DNA of 64,000 nucleotides, taken from contig NC_086100.1 in the NCBI RefSeq assembly GCF_963921235.1, positions 201,688,001 to 201,752,000 on the forward strand, given 5' to 3'. Positions 13,969-27,200 of the stretch are shown here, in pieces; positions within the stretch are counted from its first letter, which is position 1, and each line of letters starts with the position of its first letter. The position numbers and the translations under genes were made by a program. The notes under the pieces were generated by a model. The model was not told where the DNA came from, did not search any database, and worked only from the letters and a program-made list of their open reading frames with translations. Origin of the DNA: Mobula hypostoma. Lineage: Eukaryota.

Positions 13969-14523
13969 TGGAACGCGCTGCGAGGTTTCACTGCTAATGT
14001 AATAGTTACTCTGTAGCAATAGCTGGGTATGACTAGAGATAACGGGGCTTTGGAATGAGGGACTATCCAATGAGAGGGATGTTGTTCTTTCTTGTGGGTC
14101 TGGGAGAAGGGATTTTGCGGTCTTTTACCGGGGAGAGATGAGAGAAGACGCGAATGGAGAGAGTGGAGAGAGTTGGTAGGCTGCCGAACGGAGCGAGCTT
14201 GGAGCGAGGGTCTGAGGGACGGCTTCGCTTGGAGTAGGTTGACAGGAAACCAGTGGACTGAACAGTGAGCTCCAACATTGTGCATTAGACTGTCTCATGA
14301 GAATGGGCCCTTTGCTTTGTTTCTTTACTAACCATATAGTCAAATTAAGAATTATAAAGCTCAATCATTTAATCGCATATTGTGTACTGTTTGTTATTTC
14401 GTGGTACTGATTTGTAACAGGGGACACATCACGCAGCATCCACCCAAACAAGATTTCTTAAGTTTGGCCGGGCTGAGGACTGCCTTCCCCTAGATCAAGT
14501 TGTTAGCTGAACCGAGAGTTGCA
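13969..14523 (+). mobile_element. Solo LTR (555 bp) inserted in a decayed minus-strand Rex-type LINE end
   Basis: TG...CA termini (tggaac/gttgca, imperfect inverted repeat) and 4-bp flanks gacg/gatg. The host sequence resumes on both sides. Strand is inferred. Confidence 0.75.
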
Positions 14524-15277
14524 GATGCTACTCTGAGGCACTGTCTTTTGAAGATGGGTGATGGAGCTGACTTAGTCTACAACCCTCTGCAGCCTCTTTC
14601 AATCCTTTGAAACCTCCATAGCAGCCAGAGATTTATGAGCATTTGGAAAGCCATGGCCTAATTAGTAACAGTCAACTTGACTTGATGTTGGGGCAAGTCA
14701 TGTCTCCTGAGGAGATGACAAAGTTTATTGATGAAGGTAGATGTATGGATTTATACCACATGGACTTCGGTAAGGTGGTTAATAAGGTCCCTCGTAGGAG
14801 GCACATCCAGAAGATTTAAGATGCATGAAATCCGTGGTTGTTTGGCCATTTGGATTCAGAATTGGCTTGCCCATAGAGGGTAATGGTTGATGAAACTGAC
14901 TATGGTTGGAGGTCTGGACCAGTGGTGGTCTTCAGGCATCTCTGTAATGGGACTTTGCTGTTTGTGATATCAGACTCTGGGAATGATGCTTGTGAACTAT
15001 CACTGGTAAGCACTTAATCTACATGATCAACCAATCTCACTTCCACACAGTTTAAAATAACTGTCTGCTTTCTTTATTACCACACCGAAGAATACTGGGC
15101 ATGCTTTTGAGTTAAGTAGATTTGCACAGTGTCCGTCAAAAAACATAACAACTGTACTGTACCAAATGATAAATCTGGACCAAATGGCATGTAAGCAAAA
15201 TCCTACAACATGTACATTTATAAATTACCACAGGAAGATGTTGATATGATTTTCATAGCCAACCTATTTTATTATAG

Positions 15278-15471
15278 AGCTCTGCTCCAGAGAACCCAGT
15301 GATATCGCTGCTATTTTATGTCGCTGGTGATGGACAGGGAGTTCTACAGCCACACATTGAGGAGAAGAGGAGGTTAGTGGCAGTGTCAGGGTCATCAGAG
15401 GATTTGGGAAAATTCACAATTACTTTCCTGACACCAACTGATCGTAAATCCAGGAACTCCAAATACGCCAG
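15278..15471 (+). CDS. MOGS: MOGS coding exon 3
   Basis: Acceptor attatag|AGC (phase 0) and donor AG|gtgaga (phase 2). The 194-nt open frame SSAPENPVISLLFYVAGDGQGVLQP..VSGSSEDLGKFTITFLTP..KYA resembles mammalian MOGS exon 3. It is absent from the ORF track. Confidence 0.93.
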
Positions 15472-15804
15472 GTGAGATTGTCCCTCACTATCAATAAAAC
15501 TGAAATGCCCATTTCTCTAAACACAATAGAATAAGCTGTTATATCAATCTAGATGTATATTTGCATATGTGTGGGATTGCACATATTTGCATATTTTGAA
15601 GCTATTTTCCTTCCTTGCGTTTAGGTTTTATAATGAGGTCAATTTGTGTTGAGATATTTTTGTATGAAAATTTGTTTATAAATATTTTAACTTCCTCAGT
15701 ATTGACTGGGGCTCTCTTAATGCCAGGAGCACAGTAGAATGACGGATGACCTCATAGAAGTTTATAAAATCATGAGGGGTATGGATGAGGTGATCTCTTA
15801 TAAT

Positions 15805-16100
15805 CATGATCTGCTTCCTGCACCCATGCTGAGTTCGTCAATTTCAATTTCAGCAACTTTGCCTCCAACTTCCACCCTGCCCTCAAATTTACTTGATAAA
15901 CATCTCCCCCCCACCCCCACCTGGTCTCAGCTATCACCTGTCAGCTTGTACTATTTCCCTCCCTCCCCCCACCACTTTTATCTGGCTTCTGCCCCCTTTT
16001 TTTCCAATCCTGATGAAAGATCTTGGCCCAGATCTGTTTATTCCCCTCCACAGATGCTCCCTCACTTGCTGAATTCCTCCAACATCTTATGTGTGTTGCT
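15805..16100 (+). mobile_element. Internally deleted Penelope-like copy
   Basis: Matches 12490-12570 (cctccaacttccaccctgccctcaaatttac), joined to the terminal repeat (tcctgatgaa...agatgct...gctgaattcctccaaca). Confidence 0.7.
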
Positions 16101-18121
16101 CAGTCAGTCATTCTTTCAAGGTTGTGGAGCCTGAAACTAGGGGGCAGTGATACAAGATAATAGGGGAGATATTTAAAAGCCATCTAGCAGGTTATGTGTT
16201 TACACAGAGGGTAGCAACTACCTGTATTAAGCTGCCAGAGGAAGTGGTCGAGGCAGGTACAATTGCAAAATATAAGAGAGTTTTTTTGAGGGGAGGGATT
16301 GTAGGATTATGAGCTGGATGCAGGCAACTGGGACTAGCATGGAGGATGCTGTGGTCGATATGTACAGTTGGGACTGAAGAGTCTATTTCTAAGTATTACT
16401 CTAAGACTCTATGACTAATTCCAATAAGTGCAAGGTCTTGAACTTTGTGAAGTCAAACCAGAGTAGGGTTTTCAAAGTAAAAGGTCAGGCCCTGGGGAGG
16501 TACCTAGGAGTACAATTATATGGTTCCCTGAAAGTGGTGTCACAGGTAGACAGGGTAATGAAGAAGGCATTTGCCATTCTGGCCTTCATCAGCTAGGACT
16601 CATGCCTTGGAGTGTAGGGGAGGGAGTGGGTGATCGTAATAAGTTGTACAAAATTATGCCCCAGAGAATCTTTTTTTCTTCTGCCCCAGGAAATCAAAAC
16701 ATAATGAGTTTAAGGTGAGAGGAGAAAGGTTTAAGAGGGACCTGTAGGTTACTCTCTATGTGTTCTTAGTGCATAGAATACTGAAAATGGCTCCAGGGCA
16801 GTGTTCTGTACTGTGTGTGAGGTGTGGGAAGTCTCAGAGACCTTCAGTCTCCCAGATAAACACATCTGCACCAAGTGCATCGAGCTGCAGCTCCTGAAAG
16901 AACATTTTAAGGAACTGGCGCATATGGGAGAATGAGGAGGTGATAGACAGAGGCTACAGGGAGGTAGTTACCTTGTGTTGCAGAAGAAGGGTAACTGGGT
17001 GACTGTCTGGAGAAGGTGGGGAAATGCACCCATCCAGAGCAGAGTACACCTGTGGCCATTCCCTCAATAATAAGTATATAACTTTAGATACGATTGAGGG
17101 GGATGACCTACCGGAGGGGAAACACATCAAGCAGGTTGCAGGCACTGAGTCAGCGGCTGTGACTCATAAGAGCTGAAGAGGAGTGCAGTGTTGACAGGAC
17201 ATTCTTTAGTCAGAGGAACAGAGACGAGGTTCTATGGGCGTGATAGAGAAACCTGAATGGAATGTTGCCAAGGTCAGGGTTGTCTTCGATCAGTTCTCAA
17301 GGGTAAGGGTGACGAGCCAGAAGTCCTGGTACATATTGGTACCAATGACATAGGTAGACAAGGTGAAGAGGTCCTGACAGGAGATTTTAGGGAGCTAGGT
17401 AGAAAACTGAGAAACAAGACCTCCAGGGTAGCAATCTCTGGTTTGATGCCTGTGCCATGTACCAGTGAGGGTAAGAATAGGATGGCTTGGCAGGTGAATG
17501 CCTGGCTGAGGAACTGGTGCAGGGGCAGGGGTTCAGATTTATGGATCATCAGGATCTTTTCTGGAGAAGGTATGACCAATACAAAAGGGATGGGCTACAC
17601 CTGAACCCATGGGGGTCCAATATCATTGTGGGCACATTGGTGAGAGTTGTTTGGGTGGGTTTAAGCTAATTTGGCAGGGGGATGAGAACCAGAGTGATAA
17701 TGCTGAAGATGAGGTAGTTGGTTTACAAACAGAGGCAGTGTGTAGTGAGACTCCTTACAAGGAGAGGCTGGTGATAGGGCAAAATTGCAGTCGACAGGCT
17801 GAGTTGCAACGTTACGGGCAAACAAAATCGAAAAAGGTGAATACAGCACATTATGCAAAATAAAGTCAATGAACTTGAAGCACAGTTACAGATTGGCAAG
17901 TATGATTTTTGTGGGCATCACTGAATCATGGCTGAAAGAAGATTATAGCTGGGAGCTTAATGTCCAAGGATACACATTATATTGAAAGAATAGCCAGAAA
18001 GGCAGAGGAGGTGACATGGCTCTGTTGACAAAAAAAATTAAATTAAATCATTAGAAAGAGGTGACATAGGGTCGGAAGGTGTTGAGTTGTTGTAGATATA
18101 GCCAAGGAACTGCAAGGGTAC

Positions 18122-20045
18122 AAAGAGCCAACAACCTGTCTCTGAATGTGAACAAAACAAAAGAGATGGTTGTTGACTTCAGGAGAGCACGGAGCGACCA
18201 CCCCCCGTTGAACACTGACGGCTCCTCCATTGAGATCGTTAAGAGCACCAAATTTCTTGGTGTTCCCCTGGCGGAGAATCTCACCTGGTCCCTCAACACC
18301 AGCTCCATAGCCAAGAAAGCACAGCAGCGTCTCTACTTTTTGCGAAGGCTGAGAAAAGTCCATCTCCCACCCCCCCCCATCCTCACTACATTCTACAGAG
18401 GATGTATCAAGAGCATCCGGAGCAACAGCATCACAGCCTGGTTCGGAAATTGCACCATCTTGGATTGCAAGACTCTGCAGCAGATAGTGAAGTCAGCTGA
18501 GAAGATCATCGGGGTCTCTCTTCCCACCATTAGAGACATTTACACCACACGCTGCATCCGTAAAGCCAACAGCATTATGAAGGACCCCATGCACCCCTCA
18601 TACAAACTCTTCTCCCTCCTGCCATCTGGCAAAAGGTACCGAAGCATTCGGGCTCTCACGACCAGACTATGTAACAGTTTCTTCCCCCAAGCCATCAGAC
18701 TCCTTAGTACCCAGAGTCTAGACTGACATCTACAAACGTTGTACATCATTTATTATTATATTGTAATTTGTCCTCTACTGTGCCTATTGTCTTGTTTATT
18801 ATTTATCGTACTGCCATAGAACCATAGAACACTACAGCACAGAAAACAGGCCATTCGGCCCTTCTAGTCATTGCCAAAACTTTATTCAGCTAGTCCCATT
18901 GACCCGCACCCAGTCCATAACCCTCCAGACCTCTCCCATCCACGTACCTATCCAATTTGTTCTTAAAACCTAAGAGTGAGCCCGCATTTACCATGTCCGA
19001 TGGCACCTCGTTCCACACTCCCACCACTCTCTGGGTGAAGAGGTTCCCCCTAAATCTTTCCCCTTTCACCCTAAAGCCGTGTCCTCTCATGTTTATCTCT
19101 CCTAATCTAAGTGGAAAGAGTCTACTTGCATTTACTCTGTCTGTACCCTGCATTATTTTGTAAACCTCTATCAAATCTCCCCTCATTCTTCTACACTCCA
19201 AGGAATAAAGTCCTAACCTGTTCAGTCTTTCCCTGTAACTGAACTCCTGAAGACCCGGCAACATCTTAGTAAATCTTCTCTGCACACTTCCAATCTTACT
19301 GATATCCTTCCTATAGTTAGGTGACCAGAACTGCACACAATATTCCAAATTTGGCCTCACCAATGTCTTATACAACCTCGCCATAACATCCCAACTCCTA
19401 TACTCAATACTTTGATTTATGAATGCCAGGATGCCAAAAGCCTTCTTTACAACCCTGTCCACCTGTGACGCCACTTTCAGGGAATTATGTATCTGAACTC
19501 CCAGATCCCTTTGTTCCTCCGCACTCCTCAGTGCCCTACCATTTACTGTGTATGTCCTACTTTGATTTGTCCTTCCAAAATGCAACACCTCACACTTCTC
19601 TGCATTAAATTCCATCTGCCATTTTCTAGCCCATTTTTCCAGCTGGTCCAGATCCCTCTGCAAGCTTCGAAAGCTTTCCTCGCCGTCCACAACACCTCCA
19701 AACTTGCTGATCCAATTTACCACATTTTCATCTAGATCATTGATATAGACAACAAACAATGGTCCCAGCACAGATCCCTGAGGCACACCACTAGTCACAG
19801 GCCATCAGTTTGACCGCTGTTTTGTGCACTTTATGTAGTCCTGTGCAGATCTGTAGTCTAGTGTAGTTTTTGTGCTGTCTTACGTAGTCTAGTGTAACCT
19901 TGTGTTGTCTCATTTAGTCTAGTGTAGTTTTGTGTTGTTTCATGTAGCACCATGGACCTGGAGGAACATTGTTTCGTTTTTACTGTGTACTGTACCAGCA
20001 ATTTATAGTCGAAATGACAATAAAAAGTGATTTGACTTGACTTGA
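18122..20045 (+). mobile_element. Rex1/Babar-type LINE 3' part, itself interrupted by a CR1
   Basis: Motifs [34 protein letters not shown] and NSFFPQAIRLL. The 3' UTR resumes at about 19815 and ends AATAAA + (GACTT)n. Confidence 0.85.
18815..19812 (-). mobile_element. CR1 3' fragment (302-aa open RT C-half)
   Basis: ORF 18890-19798 runs from [12 protein letters not shown] to GQWD, with a (TTCTATGG) tail. Confidence 0.9.
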
Positions 20046-21949
20046 GATTCTGATGGGAGTTATATACAGACCCCCAAGCAGTAGTAAGGATGTGGTCTTC
20101 ATGTTACAATGGGAGATAGGAAATGCATGCCAAAAGAGCAATGTTACAATAGTCATTTGGGGATTTCAGTATGTTGTGAAATTGGGAAATTCTGGTTGAG
20201 GCTGGAGCCCATGAGGGGTAATTTCTAAAACGCCTACGAGATCTCACTTCAGAGCAGGTGGTGGTTAAGCCCACTAAGGGATCATCTATTCTAGATTGGG
20301 TGTTGTGCAATGAACCAGAATTGATTAGAAAGCTTAAGGTAAATGAACCCTAAGGGACAAGTGATCATATTATGATACCATACACCCTGGCATTTGATAA
20401 GAAGCTATCAAATGTACCAGTATTACAGTGGAGTAAAGGGAGTTACAGAGGCATAAGAGAGAAGTTGGCCAAAATTGATTGGAAAAGGACGTGGAGGGAT
20501 GACGGCAGAGCCGCAACAGCTGGAATTTTTGGAAGCAATTCGGAAGGCACGGGATATATACATCCCAAAGAGGAAGGAGTATTGTAAAGGCAAGATTACA
20601 CAACCATGGCTAACAAGGGAGGTCAAAGCCAACATAAAAGCCAAAGAGAGGGCATACAATAGAGCAAAAATGAGTGGGAAGTTAAAGGGTTGGGAAGCTT
20701 TTAAATACAAACAGAAGGCAACCAAGAAAGTCATTAAGAAGGGAAAGATGGAATGTGAAAATAAACTGTCCAATAATATTAAAAAGCATATCAAAAGTTT
20801 CTTCAGATACATAAAGTGTAAAGAGAGGCGAGAGTGGATATCGGACCGCTGAAAAATGACGTTGGAGAGGTAGTAATGACAAACAAACTAAATAAATATT
20901 TTGCATCAGTCTTCACTGTGGAAGACATTAACAGTGTAGTAGAAGTTCCAGGTGGCAGGGGGCGTGAAGTGTGTGAAGTTGCCATTTCTTGAGAGAAGGT
21001 TCTTGGGAAACTGAAAGGTCTGAAGTTAGATAAGTAACCTGGACCAGATGGTGTACACCCCAAGATATGAAAGAGGTGCCTGAAGAGATTGTAGAGGAAT
21101 TAGTAATGTTTTTCAAGAATTACTAGATTCAGGAATGTTTCCAGAAGACTGGGAAATTCCATATGTCTCTCTACTCTTCAAGAAAGGAGAGAGGCAGAAG
21201 AAAGGAAATTGTCTGACCTCAGTGGTTAGAATTCTATGAAGAAATAACAAGCAGAATAGACAAAGGAGAATCAGTTGTTGTGTACTTGGATTTTCAGAAG
21301 GCCTTTGACAAAGTACCGCACATGAAGTTGCATAACAAGCTATGAGCCTATAGTACTACAGGAAAGATTCTAGCATGCGTAAAGCAGTGGTTGGTTGGCA
21401 GGAGGCAAAGAGTGGAAATAAAGGGAGCCTTTTCTGGTTGGCTGCCAGTGACTAGTGGTGTTCCACAGCAGTCTATGTTGGGACTGATTCTTTTTATGTT
21501 ATGCATCAATGATTTGGATGATGAAATTGATGCCTTTGTTGTAGTTTTGAAGAAATAAGAGAGGCTACAGAAGGATTTAGATTAAGATAATGGGCAAAGA
21601 AGTTGCATATGGAATAAAGTGTCAGGAAGTGTATGGTTATGCACCTTGGTAGAAGAAATGAAAGGGTTGACTATTTTCTAAATGGAGAGAAAATACAAAA
21701 ATCTGAGACACAAAGGCACTTGGGAATCCTTGTGCAGGATTCCCTAGAAGTTAGTTTTCAGGTTGAGTCTGTGGTGAGGAAGGCAAATGCAATCTTAGCA
21801 TTCATTTCATATAAAAACAGAGATATTGAGACTTTACAAAGCCCTGGTGAGGGCTCACCTGGAGTATTGTGAGCAGTTTTGGGCCCCTTATCTTGGAAAG
21901 GATGTGATGAAACTGGAGATGGTTCAAAGGAGATTCAAGGGAAACCTCA

Positions 21950-24030
21950 CCCATTCTGCTTTGCTGTCATCCCCGCCAGTATCTTCCTCCAACCCACCGC
22001 GGCAAGCTTCTCTCATGCCTCTATTCTGTTGCGATACTGATACATGTAACTTATGCTTCTCCTTCTGAAATTGCAGGATGAATTCAATCATATTATGATC
22101 ACTGCCTCCTAAGTGTTCCTTTACGTTAAGCTCCCTAGTAAGATCTGGGTTATTACATAACACCCAATCTGAGATAGCCTTTCCCCGAGAAGGCTCAAGC
22201 ACGCTGCTCTAAGAAGCCACCTTGTAGGCATTCAACAAACGCCCTTCTTGTGATCCGACACCATACTGATTTTCCCAATCCCCTTGCATATTGAAGCTCC
22301 CCATTACAATGGTGTAATTACCCTTATATGCCTTTTGCAGCTCCCTTTGCAATCTCAAACCCACATCTCGGCTACTATTTGGAGACCTATTTACGATACC
22401 CAAAATGGTTTTTTTACCCTTGCAGTTTCTTAATTCCACCCAGAAAGATTCAACATTCTCTGACCCTGTGTCACCTCTTTCTAAAGATGTAATTCCATCT
22501 CTTACCAACAGAGCCACACCACCGCCTGTGCCTTCTTGCCTCTCCTTTTGTAACAAATTATATCCTTTGATGTTAAGCTCCCAATTATGGCCTTCTTCCA
22601 GCCACGACTCAGTGGTGCATACAGTGTCATACCGACCAATCTGTTATTGTGCTACGAGTACATCCACCTTATTCTGAATGCTACACGCATTTAAATACAG
22701 CACCTTCAGTCCTGCATTCTTCACGGTTTTGAATTTTGCCTCTGTGGTACAATTTAAGCCTTTGCTCTGTCTGCATTTGTACCCAATTATTGGTTTGTCC
22801 TTCCTTATATTCGTGTTACACCCATCATCTACTTGTAAACTGGTTGGCTCATCCTCAGCTCTTTCATACTGGTTCCAATCCCCCTGCCATATCAGTTTAA
22901 CCACTCCCAACAGCTCTAGTAAACCAGCCCACAAGAATATTGGTCCCCCTCAGACTCAACGGCAACCTGTCCCATTTGTACAGGTCCCATCTGCCCCAGA
23001 AGAGGTCCCAATTATCCAGAAATCTGAATCCCTGCCCTTGCTCCAATTCTTTAGCCACGCATTTATCTGCCACCTCATCCTATTCCTATCCTCACTGTCG
23101 CATGGTACAGGCAGCAAGATTACGACCCTTGAGGTCCTGCTTCTCAGCTTCCTTCCTAACTCCCTGTATTCTTTTTTCAGGACCTCCTCCCCTTTTCTAC
23201 CTACATCGTTGGTACCAATATATACCACAACTTCTGGCTGCTCACCCTCCCTTTTTAGGATATTGTGGACACATACAGAAACATCACGGACCCTGGCACC
23301 TGGGAGGCAACCTACCATCCGTATTTTCTTTCTGTGTCCACAGAATTGCCTATCTGTCCCCCTGACTAATATAGAGTCCCCTATTACTGCTGCCATCCTC
23401 TGCAGTTCCCTACCCTTCTGAGCCACAGAGCCAGACTCAGTGCCAGAGGCATGGCCACTGTTGCACACCCCAGGTAGGTCACCCCTTCCAACAGTACTTA
23501 AAATGGAGTACTTACTGTTCAGAGGGGCAGCCACAGATGTGCTCTCCTCTATCTGACCTTCTCCCTCCCCTCTTCTGACAGTCACCCTGTCTCCTGTAGC
23601 CTTGTGGTTACCTCTCTGCAGCTCCTGTCTATCACTGCTTCACTTTGGCTAACAAGCCGAAGATCATCAAGCTGCAGCTCCATTTCTCAAACATGGTCTC
23701 TAAAGAGCTACATCTCGATGCACCTGGTGCAGATGTAGCCATTGGGAAGGCTAGGAGTTTCCTGGAAATCCCACATCAGACACCCAGAACAGAACACTAT
23801 CTCTGTGGACATTCTCTTTATTCACTCAAGAATTAAATAAGAAAGTAAGGAATGAACTTACCCACTTACCTTGCCTCCACCTGTTCTCACCGAAGCCTTG
23901 TTGACCCAAAGCCTTACTGCTCAGATTACTCCGATGATGACCGTTCTGCAAGACAGTCCCCCTCATTTATGGAGACTGTTTTTAAAGCTCTCCGCTGGAC
24001 CTGTGCAGCAGAGCTTCTCCTGTGTCTGTG
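21950..24030 (-). mobile_element. CR1 5' half (5'UTR, ORF1 esterase, endonuclease)
   Basis: Motifs AAVIGDSIL.RGTDR, GCLPGARVRDV, YIGTNDVGR, LKVLYLNACSI and GGGVALLVRD. Confidence 0.85.
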
Positions 24031-24225
24031 CACTACTCCAATTTTATGGTCTTATGGCAACAACTTCTTGCAGAAAGTGGTCAGTATATGGAACAGACTG
24101 CCAGAGGAGGTGATTGAGATACAATAACAATATTTAAATGGACATTTGAACAGGTACATAGCTTTGTAAATGTATTCGACGTCAACCCTTTGGTCACAGA
24201 AAACAGTATTACAGCCAGGGATTAT

Positions 24226-27200
24226 CAGATAAGTGTGAGGTGGTTCATTTTGGTAGGTCAAATATGATGGCAGAATATATATGAATGGTAAGACTCTTGG
24301 CAGTGAGGAGGATCAGAGGGATCTTGGGGTCGGAGTGCATAGGACACTCAAAGCTGCTGTGCAGGTTGACTCTGTGGTTAAGAAGGCATTCATCAACCGT
24401 GGGATTAAGTTTAAGAGCCGAGATGTAATGTTACAGCTATATAGGACCCTGGTCAGACCCCACTTGGAGTACTGTGCTCAGTTCTGGCTACCTCACACTT
24501 ATCTGGGTTGAACTCCATCTGCCAGTTCTCTGCCCAGTTTTGCATCCTATCAATGTCCCACTGTAATAGTACTGTGCTGTACTATTCTATGTTCTGTGTA
24601 ACCTCTGACAGCCCTCCACACCCTTCACAATACGCCCAAACTTTGTGTCATCAGTAAATTTACTAACCCATCCCTCCACTTCCTCAACCAGGTCATTTAT
24701 AAAAATCATGAAGAGTAAGGGTCCCAGAACAGATCCTTGAGGCACACCACTAGTCACTGACCTCCATGCAGAATATGACCTGTCTACAACCACTCTTTGC
24801 CTTCTGTAGGCAAGCCAGTTCTGGATCCACAAAGCAATGTCCCTTTGGATCCCATGCCTCCTTACTTTCTGAATAAGCCTTGCATGGGGTACCCTATCAA
24901 ATGCCTTGCTGAAATCCATATACACTACATCTACTGCTCTTCCTTCATCAGTGTATTTAGTCACATCCTCAAAAAATTCACTCAGGCTTGTAAAGCACGA
25001 TCTGCCTTTGACAAAGCCATGCTGACTATTCCTAATCATATTATGACTCTCCAAATGTTCATAAATCCTGCCTCTCAGGATCTTCTCCATCAACTTATGA
25101 ATCACTGAAGTAAGACTCACTGGTCTATAATTTCCCGGGCTATCTCTACTCCCTTTCTTGAATAAGGGAACAAAATCCACAACCCTCCAATCCTCCAGAA
25201 CCTCTCCCATCCCCGTTGATGATGCAAACATCATCGCCAGAGGGTCAGCAGTCTCCTCCCTTGCCTCCCACAGTAGCCTGGGGTATATCTCGTCCGGTCT
25301 TTATCCAACTTGATGCTTTCCAAAAGCTCCAGCATATCCTCTTCCTTAATATCTATATGCTCAAGCTTTTTAATCCGCTGTAAGTCATCCCTAGAATTGC
25401 CAAGACCCTTTTCCACAGTGAATACTGAAGCGAAATATTCATTAAGTACTGATACAATCTCCTCCGGCTCCATACACACTTTTCCACTGTCACACTTGAT
25501 TGGTCATATTCTCTCACGTCTTTTCCTCTTGCTCTGCACATACTTGTAGAATGTCTTGGAGTTTTCCTTAATCATGTCCACGAATGCCTTCTCATGGCCC
25601 CGTCTGGGTCTCCTAATTTCATTCTTAAGCTCCTTCCTGCTCGCCTTATAATTTTCAAGATCTCTATCATTACCTAGGTTTTTGAACCTTTCATAAGCTT
25701 TTCTTCTTCTTGACTAGATTTACAACAGCCTTTGTACACCACGGTTCACGTACCCTACCATCCTTTCCCTGTTTCATTGGAACATACCTATGCAGAACAC
25801 CACGCAAATATCCCCCGAACATTTGCCACATTTCTGCCGTACATTTCCCTGAGAACGTGTTCCCAATTTAAGCTTCCAAGTTCCTGCCTGATAGCCTCAC
25901 ATTTCCCCTTACTCGCTTTCCTAACTTGTCTGTTCCATAAGACCATAAGACAAAGGAGCAGAAGTCGGCCATTCGGCCCATCGAGTCTGCTCCGCCATTT
26001 TATCATGAGCTGATCCATTCTCCCATTTAGTCCCACTCCCCCGCCTTCTCACCATAACCTTTGATGCCCTGGCTACTCAGATACCTATCAATCTCTGCCT
26101 TAAATACACCCAATGACTTGGCCTCCACTGCTGCCCGTGGCAACAAATTCCATAGATTTACCACCCTCTGACTAAAAATATTTCTTCGCATTTCTGTTCT
26201 GAATGGGCACCCTTCAATCCTAAGTCATGCCTTCTCATACTAGCCTCCCCCATCATGGGAAACAACTTTGCCATATGCACTCTCTCCATGCCTTTCAACA
26301 ATTGAAATGTTTCTATGAGGTCCCCCCTCATTCTTCTAAACTCCAAGGAATACAGTCCAAGAGCGGACAAATGTTCCTCATATGTTAACCCTCTCATTCC
26401 TGGAATCATTCTGGTGAATCTTCTCTGTACCCTCTCCAACGTCAGCACAACCTTTCTTAAATAAGGAGACCAAAACTGCCCACAGTACTCCAAGAGAGGT
26501 CTCACCAGCGCCTTATAGAGCCTCAACATCACATCCCTGCTCCTATACTCTATTCCTCTAGAAATGAATGCCAACATTGCATTCGCCTTCTTCACCACCG
26601 ACTCAACCTGGAGGTTAACCTTAAGGGTATCCTGTATGAGGACTCCCAAGTCCCATTGCATCTCAGAACTTTGAATTCTTTCCCCATTTAAATAATAGTC
26701 TGCCCATTTATTTCTTCTGCCAAAGTGCATAACCATACACTTTCCAACATTGTATTTCATTTGCCACTTCTTTGCCCATTCTTCCAATCTATCCAAGTCT
26801 CTCTGCAGACTCTCTGTTTCCTCAGCACTACCTGCCCCTCCACCTATCTTCGTATCGTCAGCAAATTTAGCCACAAAGCCATCTATTCCATAATCCAAAT
26901 CGTTGATGTACAATGTAAAAAGAAGCGGCCCCAACACGGCCCCCTGTGGAACACCTATCCTTCTCCAATGCTATGGTAAAAGAGATAGAATTGTGGTCAC
27001 TTTCCCCAAAATGCTCTCCCACTGGGAGATCTGACACTTGACCAGGTTCATTTTCCCAATACCACACCAAGTACAGCCTCTCCTTTTGTAGGCTTATCTA
27101 CATATTGTGTCAAGAAACCTTCCCGAACACACCTAACAAATTCTGTGCCATCTTTTAACCTTTTGCTCTAGGAAGATGCCAGTCAATATTTGGGAAATTA

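Larger units (their letters stand above)
16780..21940 (+). mobile_element. Long decayed CR1 (ORF1 to RT), interrupted at about 18120-20045
   Basis: ORF1 motifs EPEVLVHIGTNDIGR and VAISGL.PVP, followed in order by endonuclease, PWLTREVK linker and RT remnants. Confidence 0.8.

Noticed and set aside
16134..16149. CTCF-like ACTAGGGGGCAG
   Set aside because: Lacks the leading CC and lies inside the CR1 TRGH-coding segment.
22678..23421. 247-aa + strand ORF and many similar ORFs
   Set aside because: Antisense shadows of CR1 or Rex coding sequence with no independent motifs.
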